Below, in pieces: positions 30,259 through 39,272 of a DNA stretch of 64,000 bases. The first letter of the stretch is position 1. The number at the start of each line of letters is the position of its first letter. This DNA is from a virus (Duplodnaviria; Caudoviricetes), in the IMG/VR virus record IMGVR_UViG_2600255140_000004, positions 28,658-92,657 of that record; one strand, written 5' to 3'. The translations under genes and the position numbers were made by a program. The notes under the pieces were generated by a model, which searched no databases, was not told where the DNA came from, and was given only the letters and a program-made list of their open reading frames with translations.

Positions 30259-31158
30259 ATGAGGAATAGTATTATGGAACTGGCGGCTGAGACCCAGCAG
30301 GAAATAGAAATCATGGTGAAGGACGTGAAGGGGAGCATGACATCCAACGGGGCGCCGTACCAGCGGCTTTCCGTGCAGGACAAGGAGGGGAATATGGCTA
30401 CATTTCTGCGTTTTGATGAGCCGGTCGATGTGAACGGCCCGGCAGTGTGCCGGATGCTCGTAGAGGCATCCACATATAACAATAAGCCGTCCTACAAGAT
30501 CCTGCGTTCAGAAATCCTTCCAGACGCGGATCTTACATGCTTTTATCCGAAAGCGGAGATTGATGAAAGGTCAGGTTTTGCGGAAATCAACGCCTATTAC
30601 AAGCGGATCAGGCACCCTGGCTACCGTAAGCTGGTGGGGAACGTGCTGACGAAAGATGCAGTGAAGTTCCGGACGAAACCTCTGACGGCAGCAGGGGCAT
30701 TTTCAAGGCAATGCGGGATTATGGAAGCAACCTTGGCACTCTTACGCATGGCAGATCATGCAGTTGCAATATTCGGGCTGAATGCGGACCTGATGTATGC
30801 GGCAGGACTTTTGTATTATGTGGGCAACATTGATCTTGTGTCTGATGGATATGCTCCTACAGAAGACGATCTGCTTGCGGGTGAGGGCAATGCGGCTGTG
30901 AGGCGGCTTTTAGAGGTGGAAATGGCACTCCGTGCGGACGGGATGACAGAGGAAATGCTCCCGAAACGCGATGTGAATGTCCTGCTGCATATGCTGACTT
31001 CCCGTTATGGAGGGGTCAAGAGCGCAGTTCCGGAATCAGTGGCCCTGCGGGATCTCGGGCACATGCTCAAACGCACAGAGGAGGCGAAACAGTTAGTGAA
31101 AGGAGCTGTGCCGGGAACGGTTGTGTGCAGCCAAGGCTCGCAATTCTTAAGATTATAA
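30259..31158 (+). CDS. YhaM/Cbf1-like OB-fold + HD-fold protein with degenerate HD motif
   Basis: NGAPYQRLSVQDKEG OB fold; LLYYVGN in place of LLHDIGK. Confidence 0.65.
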   Translation: MRNSIMELAAETQQEIEIMVKDVKGSMTSNGAPYQRLSVQDKEGNMATFLRFDEPVDVNGPAVCRMLVEASTYNNKPSYKILRSEILPDADLTCFYPKAEIDERSGFAEINAYYKRIRHPGYRKLVGNVLTKDAVKFRTKPLTAAGAFSRQCGIMEATLALLRMADHAVAIFGLNADLMYAAGLLYYVGNIDLVSDGYAPTEDDLLAGEGNAAVRRLLEVEMALRADGMTEEMLPKRDVNVLLHMLTSRYGGVKSAVPESVALRDLGHMLKRTEEAKQLVKGAVPGTVVCSQGSQFLRL

Positions 31159-31200
31159 GGGAAGGAGGCGCAGGGGCAGGATGCCCCTGCATAAGTACAG

Positions 31201-31716
31201 ATGCTTGTGTTGAAGGAAAACCGGATCAGCTTTATCCAGGCTGCCATCGTACTTGTGATCATTCTCGCGGAAATCTTTCTCTTCCGTAAAGTGCTGATGA
31301 ATGCATATATCCCGAGCGAGTCGATGGAACCGACGTTCACGGAAGGGATGCGGCTGATTGCGACGAGGGAGGATAAAGTGGGGCGAGGGGATGTTATCAT
31401 CTTCCGGTTTCCGGGAGACCCGTCCGTGCATTACATCAAACGCGTGATCGGGCTGCCGGGAGACACGGTGGAGATTAAGGAGGACGGGGTATATGTCAAT
31501 GGGGAAACGCTTGAGGAACCGTATCTCAAGGAACGGATGAAAGTGCAGGATGAACAGATCTTCGTCGTGCCGGAAGATTCCTATTTCCTCATGGGTGATA
31601 ACCGGAACAACTCTTACGACAGCCGGGCATGGAAGGAGCCGTATGTGGACAAGAAATATGTCGAGGGGCATCCGAGGCTGGTTTACTGGCCGTTAAGCAA
31701 GGCGGGCGCAATCTAG
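31201..31716 (+). CDS. lepB: Signal peptidase I
   Basis: PSESMEPT, YIKRVIGLPGD, GDNRNNSYDSR. Confidence 0.95.
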   Translation: MLVLKENRISFIQAAIVLVIILAEIFLFRKVLMNAYIPSESMEPTFTEGMRLIATREDKVGRGDVIIFRFPGDPSVHYIKRVIGLPGDTVEIKEDGVYVNGETLEEPYLKERMKVQDEQIFVVPEDSYFLMGDNRNNSYDSRAWKEPYVDKKYVEGHPRLVYWPLSKAGAI

Positions 31717-31824
31717 CACGGAAGACAGGCGGAAACGCCTGTTTTTTGTTCCCCCATATTAAATACAGCGGCAGAGGCCGCGCAGGAAGGAGGAGGCGGG
31801 GATGGCATCCCTGCGAAAACAGCT

Positions 31825-33585
31825 ATGGTTAAAAAGAAACAGAAGTTCCGGTACATGATACCGGCAGTCCTGCTCGCTTGTTCATCACCTGTCATGGGGG
31901 CGGTGCTATGTCCGGCAGCGGAAGTGCTGGCAGCGGCGGAGACAGGGCAAATCTTTGAGCTGGTTGACGGCATTGATTTTTCAAAGCCCTTGGATGGGCA
32001 GGGATTTAACCGGATCATGACAAGCAGTTCCTCCGCTTTGCTGGAAGGCGATATCATTGTCGCCGGGGCGCGTCATTATGGATGGATCGGTGACGGCCGG
32101 GTTGTTGACCTTGATACAAAAGCAGAGGGTGTTTACGGTTTCAACCAGGAGGATGCTTTTTACAGGTTCAAGAAACTGGATCCTGTTTATGAGGTGCCTG
32201 TAAACTTGACGGCAGTTTATCATGATGAACTCCAGAGTGTGATCCTGCCGGACGGTTTCTCATGGACAGACACCGGGAAGATTGAACAGGTGGGAGAGGC
32301 AGTCTATAAAGCAATGTATACGCCGACGAACACGCTGAAGTACCATACTGTGGAGGATATCCCTGTCATGGTCATGGTAGGCAAAAAAACAGTTTCCCCA
32401 TCAATGCCGGATAATGCCTATACCGTGCAGTATAAAGCCGGACTGAAACTGGGGGATGTAAAATTGCCGGATGGGTGGTCATTTGCGGAACCGGGTTCCG
32501 GATTAAGTGTCGGCGAGGGCATGTATCAGGCAGTCTTTCGGGGTGATACGGAACATTATGAGTATGATGTCACGCAGAAAGATGTGACAGTGCGTGTAGA
32601 AAAGGGGTTCTTGCCCCATCCGTCCCTGACGTACATCCGTGTTCCGGCTGGCACATATCTCAGCGATGACCTCCTGCCCAATACGGCAGATGGTTCCTAT
32701 TCATGGGATTCGTCTGTAATAGTCAATAAATCCGGGAGCTATGGCGTGACTTTCCATCCCAGTGACAAGGTGTCCTATAATGACGAGCCCGGACTGAAGA
32801 TTTATGTTTATGTCAGTTCGGCACTCAAGGTGCAGAAACCGTCAGGCAGCAATGGGAACAAGGGAAATACAAGCCATACAGGAAGTACAGGAAATGCGGG
32901 CGGTGTAAAAACCCCGGTACAGACGGCGCCCCGTGCGCCCAGCACATCTGGCACATTGAAGTCTGAGCCTGTCCAGACAGAAAAAGGCTCTACCCGGATC
33001 AGGAAGAATACCAGCGGCTCATATTTGACGGCAAAGACGCTTGCTGCGACAAATAAAAGCAGCTCGGACATGGTCGTAAAGAAGGATGATGCTGTTAAGG
33101 TTACAAGGAAAACGCGGCCAAATGCGTCATCAGCATCCAGAGGCGGCGCGAATTATGAAAAATTGGAAGACGAGGATGGCAAAGAGTATTATCACTTGTT
33201 TGATCCGGCGCTTGGCGCGTTTTATTTCCGCTATGATGACGCTTTAGGGAAATACCTGAGCTGCAACGCGGACGGAACAGAAATCACAGAAAACCGGGTG
33301 GAAATCGAAAGGGCAGAATTTGAGTCATTCCTTAAGGATGCATCCCAAACGGCAGCTAGGGCGGGAAGTGATAAGGAGGATACGGACGAAACGGATGAGG
33401 CATCAGGGAAAGAAACGGCAGGGCAGGAAGATAGGGAAACAGAGGCTGAAACTGAGAAAACAGGAATCCCGCTGATTATAAAAATGCTTGCGGTGGTTGC
33501 CGCCGCTGCGGTGGCGATATTTGTGGGAAAGAAAAGATCCCAGACGGCAGAAGAGCCAGAGACAGGGGAAAACGATCCGCTATAG
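31825..33585 (+). CDS. Cell-surface protein with C-terminal anchor
   Basis: Signal peptide, LPDG(F/W)S(W/F) repeats, TEKTG + hydrophobic helix + KKR. Confidence 0.75.
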   Translation: MVKKKQKFRYMIPAVLLACSSPVMGAVLCPAAEVLAAAETGQIFELVDGIDFSKPLDGQGFNRIMTSSSSALLEGDIIVAGARHYGWIGDGRVVDLDTKAEGVYGFNQEDAFYRFKKLDPVYEVPVNLTAVYHDELQSVILPDGFSWTDTGKIEQVGEAVYKAMYTPTNTLKYHTVEDIPVMVMVGKKTVSPSMPDNAYTVQYKAGLKLGDVKLPDGWSFAEPGSGLSVGEGMYQAVFRGDTEHYEYDVTQKDVTVRVEKGFLPHPSLTYIRVPAGTYLSDDLLPNTADGSYSWDSSVIVNKSGSYGVTFHPSDKVSYNDEPGLKIYVYVSSALKVQKPSGSNGNKGNTSHTGSTGNAGGVKTPVQTAPRAPSTSGTLKSEPVQTEKGSTRIRKNTSGSYLTAKTLAATNKSSSDMVVKKDDAVKVTRKTRPNASSASRGGANYEKLEDEDGKEYYHLFDPALGAFYFRYDDALGKYLSCNADGTEITENRVEIERAEFESFLKDASQTAARAGSDKEDTDETDEASGKETAGQEDRETEAETEKTGIPLIIKMLAVVAAAAVAIFVGKKRSQTAEEPETGENDPL

Positions 33586-33767
33586 GAAGAAACGTCCTTT
33601 TTGCTTAAAGAAGGACGTTTCTTTGCCTGTACAGCCAGGAGAGATAAGGCTGTGCAATCCCACTGGCTGTGAATGCCTGGAAAGGTGGTCGGGCCTGTAA
33701 ATTTTGTTTTTCAGGTTCTTCATATTAAGTTCGTAAAAAACATTTCAATATAAGGAGGAAGAATTTT

Positions 33768-34682
33768 ATGTTTACAGCAATCAAGGGAAACAACGGAAGA
33801 ACTATTTATGTGGGGATGGTTGGGGAAAAAGATGACACATCACTGCGCCTTGAAGGAACAGAATGGGATGCGAACATCCAGATGCAGGTGCCGAGGATGA
33901 TTGAGTGCACGCTCACGGCAGAAACGGCAGAAAAGACAAAAAATGTCCGCGTGGGCCATTATCTGATGGTAATGCTGATGCCGTCCAAGGATAATCCGGA
34001 TGTCGGGATTGCAGAAGAAGTTGGGGCGATCGGCGATATCCTGTCGATTACAAACATCAAAAATAATCCTAAAAAAATCGTACTGGGTGTTATCCGGTCT
34101 GCAAAGCGTTCCGAATCGGGTTCATCTATGATCATCGGCATGACAGGGCTCAAGGAATATGGCAAAGAGATTGGACATGCGTCATCCTATATCGGGAGTG
34201 ACGGCGAGACGCGAGAGTCATACTGGACGAGTTTCGTTGGCTGTAATTCCACGAAATATCAGAATATGGTGGCGGACAGATTGGAGCGCTCGCTGAAAAA
34301 AATGGATCTGGTTACAATGATTTTCCATGAAACAGAGGGTGAATACAATGGGCAGCCGGATACAACGAGGTTCATTGACAGATTCGCAGTTGTTTACAGG
34401 AACCGCGCGGCAAGTGAGGCAACTGCTCCGGCAACCGCACAGCAGCCGCAACCACAACAGCCGCAGTGCCAGCAGCCGCAACAACCACGACAGTCGGCAG
34501 CACCACAACAGCCGCAACAGCCGCAGTATCAGTCAGCGCAGCAGCCGCAACAGCCGGCAGTAGTCCAGCAACCGCAATACCAGCAACCACAACAGCCGCA
34601 GTACCAGCAGCAGAGTGGGGTAGACAATGGCGGGTATTATGAGCTGCCGGATGATATGCTTGACGACCTCCCGTTTGCGTAA
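33768..34682 (+). CDS. SSB-like ssDNA-binding protein
   Basis: Beta-rich body, P/Q-rich linker, acidic DDLPFA C-terminus; next to dnaN. Confidence 0.65.
   Translation: MFTAIKGNNGRTIYVGMVGEKDDTSLRLEGTEWDANIQMQVPRMIECTLTAETAEKTKNVRVGHYLMVMLMPSKDNPDVGIAEEVGAIGDILSITNIKNNPKKIVLGVIRSAKRSESGSSMIIGMTGLKEYGKEIGHASSYIGSDGETRESYWTSFVGCNSTKYQNMVADRLERSLKKMDLVTMIFHETEGEYNGQPDTTRFIDRFAVVYRNRAASEATAPATAQQPQPQQPQCQQPQQPRQSAAPQQPQQPQYQSAQQPQQPAVVQQPQYQQPQQPQYQQQSGVDNGGYYELPDDMLDDLPFA
34438..34614 (+). repeat. Coding low-complexity CAG-CCG-CAA repeats (QQP linker)
   Basis: Visible in DNA and translation. Confidence 0.8.
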
Positions 34683-34791
34683 AGTCCTAATAAGCAGTTG
34701 GAAACCCAGCTGCTTATTTTTTGGGAAACTTTTGCGTGCATTTTACAGATATTGGGGATGAAAAGATTTTCATTATAAGGAGGAAAAGAAC

Positions 34792-35859
34792 ATGAAAGCA
34801 GTAGTTGACAGAAACGAATTCGCGGAGGCGTTAAGGAAAGCAGGCAGAGCATTGAGCATGAAAACGGTGGGTACGCTGAATGGATACCGCATTTCATTCC
34901 GGAGCGACGGGAAAAGCTATATCACGGGTACATCCGGCATATGCAGGGTGCGTGCCTTGTTTGAGGCAGACGTGGAAACAGAATTTGAGATTGTGGTAGC
35001 CCAGGAAGTATGCGAAATCGCAAGCCGGCTGGCAGGTGCTGACATTGCCATTGAGGAATCGGGGGATGAGCTGAATATACGGAGCGGGAAGACCCGCGTG
35101 AAAATTCCGGTTTTAGAAATGGAACCCCCGGATTACCGTACAGCTTATGGCGAAGGCGGGTTTGAGGCTGAGGCTTTGGCTGCGGCAGTGCACGGAGTTG
35201 AACACGCGCTTGCGCCGGAAGCAGCCCAGAATGTCATGCTGACAAGCATAAAGCTGAATATCAGTAATGATGGGCTTCGCATGGAGGCTCTCGATGGAAT
35301 CCGTATCGCTGTGCGCGGCGAGGCAGAGGGAAATGAACTCTTGATTCCAGGTGCGGCAATGAAAGTGGCCGCAAGCCTTTTTAAAGGGGCTGTGAAAGTG
35401 GAGTATACGGATGATGTGGTGACGTTCTCTGATAAAGACACGATCATGGATTGCTCCCGGAACCAATTCAAGGCTTTCAATACCAGTAAGATTCTGGCTG
35501 ATACGGATGTCATTGCAGATATCAGCTTCAACCGTATGGAACTGATGCAGGCAATCCAGCTAGTAATGGTCATAACAACAAATGAGTCGGCAAAAAAGAT
35601 CTGGCTGATGGTGGAGAATGGAACGGTTTCTTTATCATCCAGTACCCGGAAAGGAGGAATTGATACGGATCTGGATGCGTCCATTAACGGAGACACTACC
35701 CTATCCCCAATTCTTTTAAACGGGAAATTCCTTTTGGAGGCTTTAAAAAGCGTGGAGGATGACGAGATTGTCCTTGAGTTCAGGGGCTGTAAGGCGCCTA
35801 TCATCATGCGTGGTGAGGGTTATGTTGAACTTATCCTTCCCTGCTATCCCAATGCTTGA
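34792..35859 (+). CDS. dnaN: DNA polymerase III beta sliding clamp
   Basis: 355 aa; ALDGIRIA, LNGKFLLEALK, LILP C-terminus. Confidence 0.85.
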   Translation: MKAVVDRNEFAEALRKAGRALSMKTVGTLNGYRISFRSDGKSYITGTSGICRVRALFEADVETEFEIVVAQEVCEIASRLAGADIAIEESGDELNIRSGKTRVKIPVLEMEPPDYRTAYGEGGFEAEALAAAVHGVEHALAPEAAQNVMLTSIKLNISNDGLRMEALDGIRIAVRGEAEGNELLIPGAAMKVAASLFKGAVKVEYTDDVVTFSDKDTIMDCSRNQFKAFNTSKILADTDVIADISFNRMELMQAIQLVMVITTNESAKKIWLMVENGTVSLSSSTRKGGIDTDLDASINGDTTLSPILLNGKFLLEALKSVEDDEIVLEFRGCKAPIIMRGEGYVELILPCYPNA

Positions 35860-35954
35860 CTTTTATGGAAGAAACCGCGGGCAGGCGGTTTCTTTTTTGG
35901 GGGAAATTGCCAATTTGTCCATGAAAAAGAAAATCATTAAAGGAGGATTTTATT

Positions 35955-36437
35955 ATGACGTTATACGAAATACCAATGGAGTACATGAAACTTAAGGATA
36001 TGGTTGAGGATGGCGAGGCAACCGCTGCGGATATCGCTGGAGCTGCGGAAGAGCTTGGAGGGATGTTAGAAGAAAAACTGACCGCCTATGCGAAAGTGCT
36101 TGCCCAGGTGGATGGTGACTCAGAGCTGCTTTCCAGTGAGATCAAGCGCCTGCAGGAGCGGAAGAAGGAAAAGGAAGAAAAGCGGAAACAGCTGACAGAG
36201 GACATGGCAAATGCGATGGCATCCATGGATAAGAAGAAGGTGGAGACCGCCATGTTCTCATTCCTTGTGAAAGATACTTCAGAGAGCCTCGTTGTGGATG
36301 TGCCGGATGATGTGCCGGAAACTTTTTATGATGCCACACCGAAACTGAACAAAACACGTCTCAAACAGTACCTCAAAAAAGGGAATTTTGTTGACTATGC
36401 CCATTTGGAAAGAGGACGTTCGCTTACAATTAAGTAG
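35955..36437 (+). CDS. Siphovirus Gp157-family protein
   Basis: MTLYEI, EIKRLQERK, KLNKTRLK..SLTIK. Confidence 0.85.
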   Translation: MTLYEIPMEYMKLKDMVEDGEATAADIAGAAEELGGMLEEKLTAYAKVLAQVDGDSELLSSEIKRLQERKKEKEEKRKQLTEDMANAMASMDKKKVETAMFSFLVKDTSESLVVDVPDDVPETFYDATPKLNKTRLKQYLKKGNFVDYAHLERGRSLTIK

Positions 36438-36505
36438 CGGATTGCCGCACCATTTTTTGGTGCGGCTTTTTATATACCATATTAAAGAAGAAAGGAGGTT
36501 TTGGG

Positions 36506-37288
36506 ATGAAACAAAAAATTGGAAACATCCTTTTCATTGCAAGTATCCTGCTCTTTGTAGCAGGCGGGTTCCTGTTGTCCCAGAAAATACAGGGGGACAA
36601 AGAGGCGGATAAAGTGTATGAAGAGGTTCGGGATGCTGTTTCTGAAGGCGATGATCCGGACGGGTTCACTGTGGACTGGGAGGCGCTTGAAGGTACAGAT
36701 GTGGTTGCATGGATCCGTGTCGGCAGCAGGATCAGCTATCCTGTGCTGCAGGGGAAGGACAATGCCGTCTATCTCCATCACCTGTATAACGGGAAATACA
36801 ATTATGCCGGAAGCATTTTCCTGCATGCTGCGTGTGCGGCGGATTTCACGGGCGACAACAGCATTGTGTACGGGCATAACATGCGTAACGGCTCGATGTT
36901 CGGCACTCTGAAAAGGTATCTTAAAAAGCCTGAAGACCCGTACTTTTACATCTACCTCCCTGATGGAACAAGGCACACATACCAGATTGCAAGCGTGGCG
37001 AATGTGAAGGACGGGACAAAAGCTTATACCTACCAGTTTGCAGATACCGGTGAGTTCGTGGAATACCAGAAGTACATGATCTCAAAGTCGGTATGGAACA
37101 CAGGGGCAAAAGCAGAAGAAAATGTGAAACTTGTATCCCTGTCAACCTGTTCCTCCATCGGATCCAAGCGCGGACACAGGATCATGATCCAGGGGATGGA
37201 ACGGGAGGTGCGCCAAGTACAGGAGCCGGCAAGCTGGTATTCGCCGCAGGACGAACCTGAAAACACAGAAATGGAAGGAGATATTTAA
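36506..37288 (+). CDS. srtB: Class B sortase
   Basis: N-terminal TM, ISYPVLQG, YGHNMRNGSMFG, LSTC. Confidence 0.92.
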   Translation: MKQKIGNILFIASILLFVAGGFLLSQKIQGDKEADKVYEEVRDAVSEGDDPDGFTVDWEALEGTDVVAWIRVGSRISYPVLQGKDNAVYLHHLYNGKYNYAGSIFLHAACAADFTGDNSIVYGHNMRNGSMFGTLKRYLKKPEDPYFYIYLPDGTRHTYQIASVANVKDGTKAYTYQFADTGEFVEYQKYMISKSVWNTGAKAEENVKLVSLSTCSSIGSKRGHRIMIQGMEREVRQVQEPASWYSPQDEPENTEMEGDI

Positions 37289-37776
37289 TGGAAGAGAGAA
37301 TCTATATTGCACTGCATACGGAAGGTGGACCGGAAGGACTGCCAGAGATCAGCATTGATGCGATGCTGCCGTTTCCGGAAATCGTGCTTTGCGGGGAAAT
37401 CACAGTGAGGACTGCGCCCCGCGTCGTGGAGCTTATCCATAGGCTCGGCTACCGTGGGCATCAGGGACATGTGATCGTGTCTCTGGCTGAATACTGTGAG
37501 CACTGGGCATTCCAGTCTATGGTAAAGGATGCGGATGGGGTTGAGTTTACGGCATTGCACCCCTTCACACGCAAGGGCCTGAAAAGTCTCAGGGAGCTAT
37601 GCCGGATGGTGGAAGGCTTGCCCGGGGCCCGTCATGACTGCCTGTATGCAGACCCTAAAATCACAGGGCAGGCTTTTGACGCATGTGTCGGCAGCGCACG
37701 GGAGCATTGGTCAAAGGTCATGTTTGATATCGCGAGACCGGATGGGAAACGCGCTGCATACCGTCTGGCAGATTAA
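37288..37776 (+). CDS. Hypothetical protein between srtB and secY
   Basis: Overlapping stop/start, GAAGGAG RBS. Confidence 0.65.
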   Translation: MEERIYIALHTEGGPEGLPEISIDAMLPFPEIVLCGEITVRTAPRVVELIHRLGYRGHQGHVIVSLAEYCEHWAFQSMVKDADGVEFTALHPFTRKGLKSLRELCRMVEGLPGARHDCLYADPKITGQAFDACVGSAREHWSKVMFDIARPDGKRAAYRLAD

Positions 37777-37785
37777 GGAGGCATT

Positions 37786-39090
37786 ATGTTGGACAAACAA
37801 TTGAAACGAAGATGTATGTTGACGGCGCTGGTGCTGCTTGGACTGAGGCTATTTCATCTAATCCCTGTTCCAGGGGTAGATACAGGGCATTTAGCCGGAA
37901 TGATGGAGAAGAACTCCCTGCTCGGGTTTCTGGACCATGTATCAGGGAACGGGCTTTCCGGCATGTCCATCATGGCCCTTTCCATCGGTCCATATATCAC
38001 GGCATCCATTGTGATGCAGCTTTTGGGCGAGGTGTTTCCAAAATTGAAGGACCTGCAAAAGGGGAAACCAGAGGAGCGCAGGTATTTTGGACGTATGACA
38101 CTTGGCATGTCTGCAGGAATTTCCCTGGCAGAGAGCGGGGTGCTGGCGCTTTCCTTCATGAAACAAAGGGTATTTCTGTCAAATATCTGGGCAGTGCCGG
38201 GCATTCTGCTCTGGAGCGTCGGTTCTATGGCACTTGCGGTGATCGGGAAACGTGTGACGGAGGATAAGGAGCATTTCATTGGCAATGGCATATCGTTGAT
38301 CTTGCTGGTCAATATCCTTGCCTCATATCCGGGTGACATTATGGAATACATCAACATGGTCATGCTGGGACCGGGAAACCGCGCGATGCCGGCAACACTG
38401 AGCATTGCTGGGGTTACCCTCCTGTTTGGTTTCACCGTATATATCCATTGCGTTGAAAAGAAGATTCCTGTGGTATACACGGGAAAAGTGGCGGCGGGCA
38501 GGAGCAGCGTTTCCACGCTGCCAGTCAGATTGTGCCCGGGAGGCGTGGTTCCGGTCATCTTTGCATCCGGACTGCTGTCTTTTGCCGTACTGGGGCTGCA
38601 GCTTGCAGGCAAGGAAGGCACATTTGCTGCGGGTCTGCTTAATGCTGCGAACTGGTTCCATACGGGAATGCAGGAGTATACGCTGGGTGTTGCGCTGTAC
38701 ATTGTGCTGATTTTTTTGTTCTCGTTCTACTACTCAGGTATGGCATTCAGTCCAAGAGAGACGGCAGAAACACTGAAAAAGAATGGGGGGCTTATCCCTA
38801 ATGTGCGTCCGGGGAAACCTACGGAAAGATATCTGCGGAAAGAGATGCGTAAAATGATAGCGGCCGGAGCCGCGGCATTGACGGTGATTGCCGTAATCCC
38901 GATTGCATTGAGCGGCGTGTTCGGGGTATCCCGGCTGTCGTTTTTTGGCACATCTGTCCTTATCACAGTCAGCGTGATCATGGAGACAAAAAAGGATATC
39001 GCCATGCAGATGCGGGCGGGAGAATATATGGCGAAAGCGAGGAAAGGAGGCCTGTTTTATGGGGAAAAAGCTTTATCTGCCAGCCGGTAA
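37786..39090 (+). CDS. secY: Preprotein translocase SecY paralog
   Basis: IPVPGVD, SIMALSIGPYITASIVMQLL, GNGISL, GGVVPVIFAS, IPNVRPGKPT, GTSVLITVSV. Confidence 0.93.
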   Translation: MLDKQLKRRCMLTALVLLGLRLFHLIPVPGVDTGHLAGMMEKNSLLGFLDHVSGNGLSGMSIMALSIGPYITASIVMQLLGEVFPKLKDLQKGKPEERRYFGRMTLGMSAGISLAESGVLALSFMKQRVFLSNIWAVPGILLWSVGSMALAVIGKRVTEDKEHFIGNGISLILLVNILASYPGDIMEYINMVMLGPGNRAMPATLSIAGVTLLFGFTVYIHCVEKKIPVVYTGKVAAGRSSVSTLPVRLCPGGVVPVIFASGLLSFAVLGLQLAGKEGTFAAGLLNAANWFHTGMQEYTLGVALYIVLIFLFSFYYSGMAFSPRETAETLKKNGGLIPNVRPGKPTERYLRKEMRKMIAAGAAALTVIAVIPIALSGVFGVSRLSFFGTSVLITVSVIMETKKDIAMQMRAGEYMAKARKGGLFYGEKALSASR

Positions 39091-39272
39091 GGATGTGGCA
39101 AGGGATACCGCTGTGACGATGATTCTGGCACTTGCCGCATCAGGAGTGCTGTCCTGCGTGGATATGGCGGCGGGAGGCATCCTCTCCTTGCTGTTCTGAA
39201 AGGAAACCTTAACAGGTTTCTTTTTTTACGGGTTCCTACAAATTGGAAATGAAAAATAAACATTAGAGGAGG

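Noticed and set aside
34438-34614. Tandem CAG/CCG/CAA repeats as a CRISPR or regulatory array
   Set aside because: In-frame Q/P linker of the SSB-like protein; no spacers
37786-39090. Accessory SecY2 locus
   Set aside because: Motifs are canonical SecY; no SecA2, Asp, Gtf or serine-rich substrate in the window
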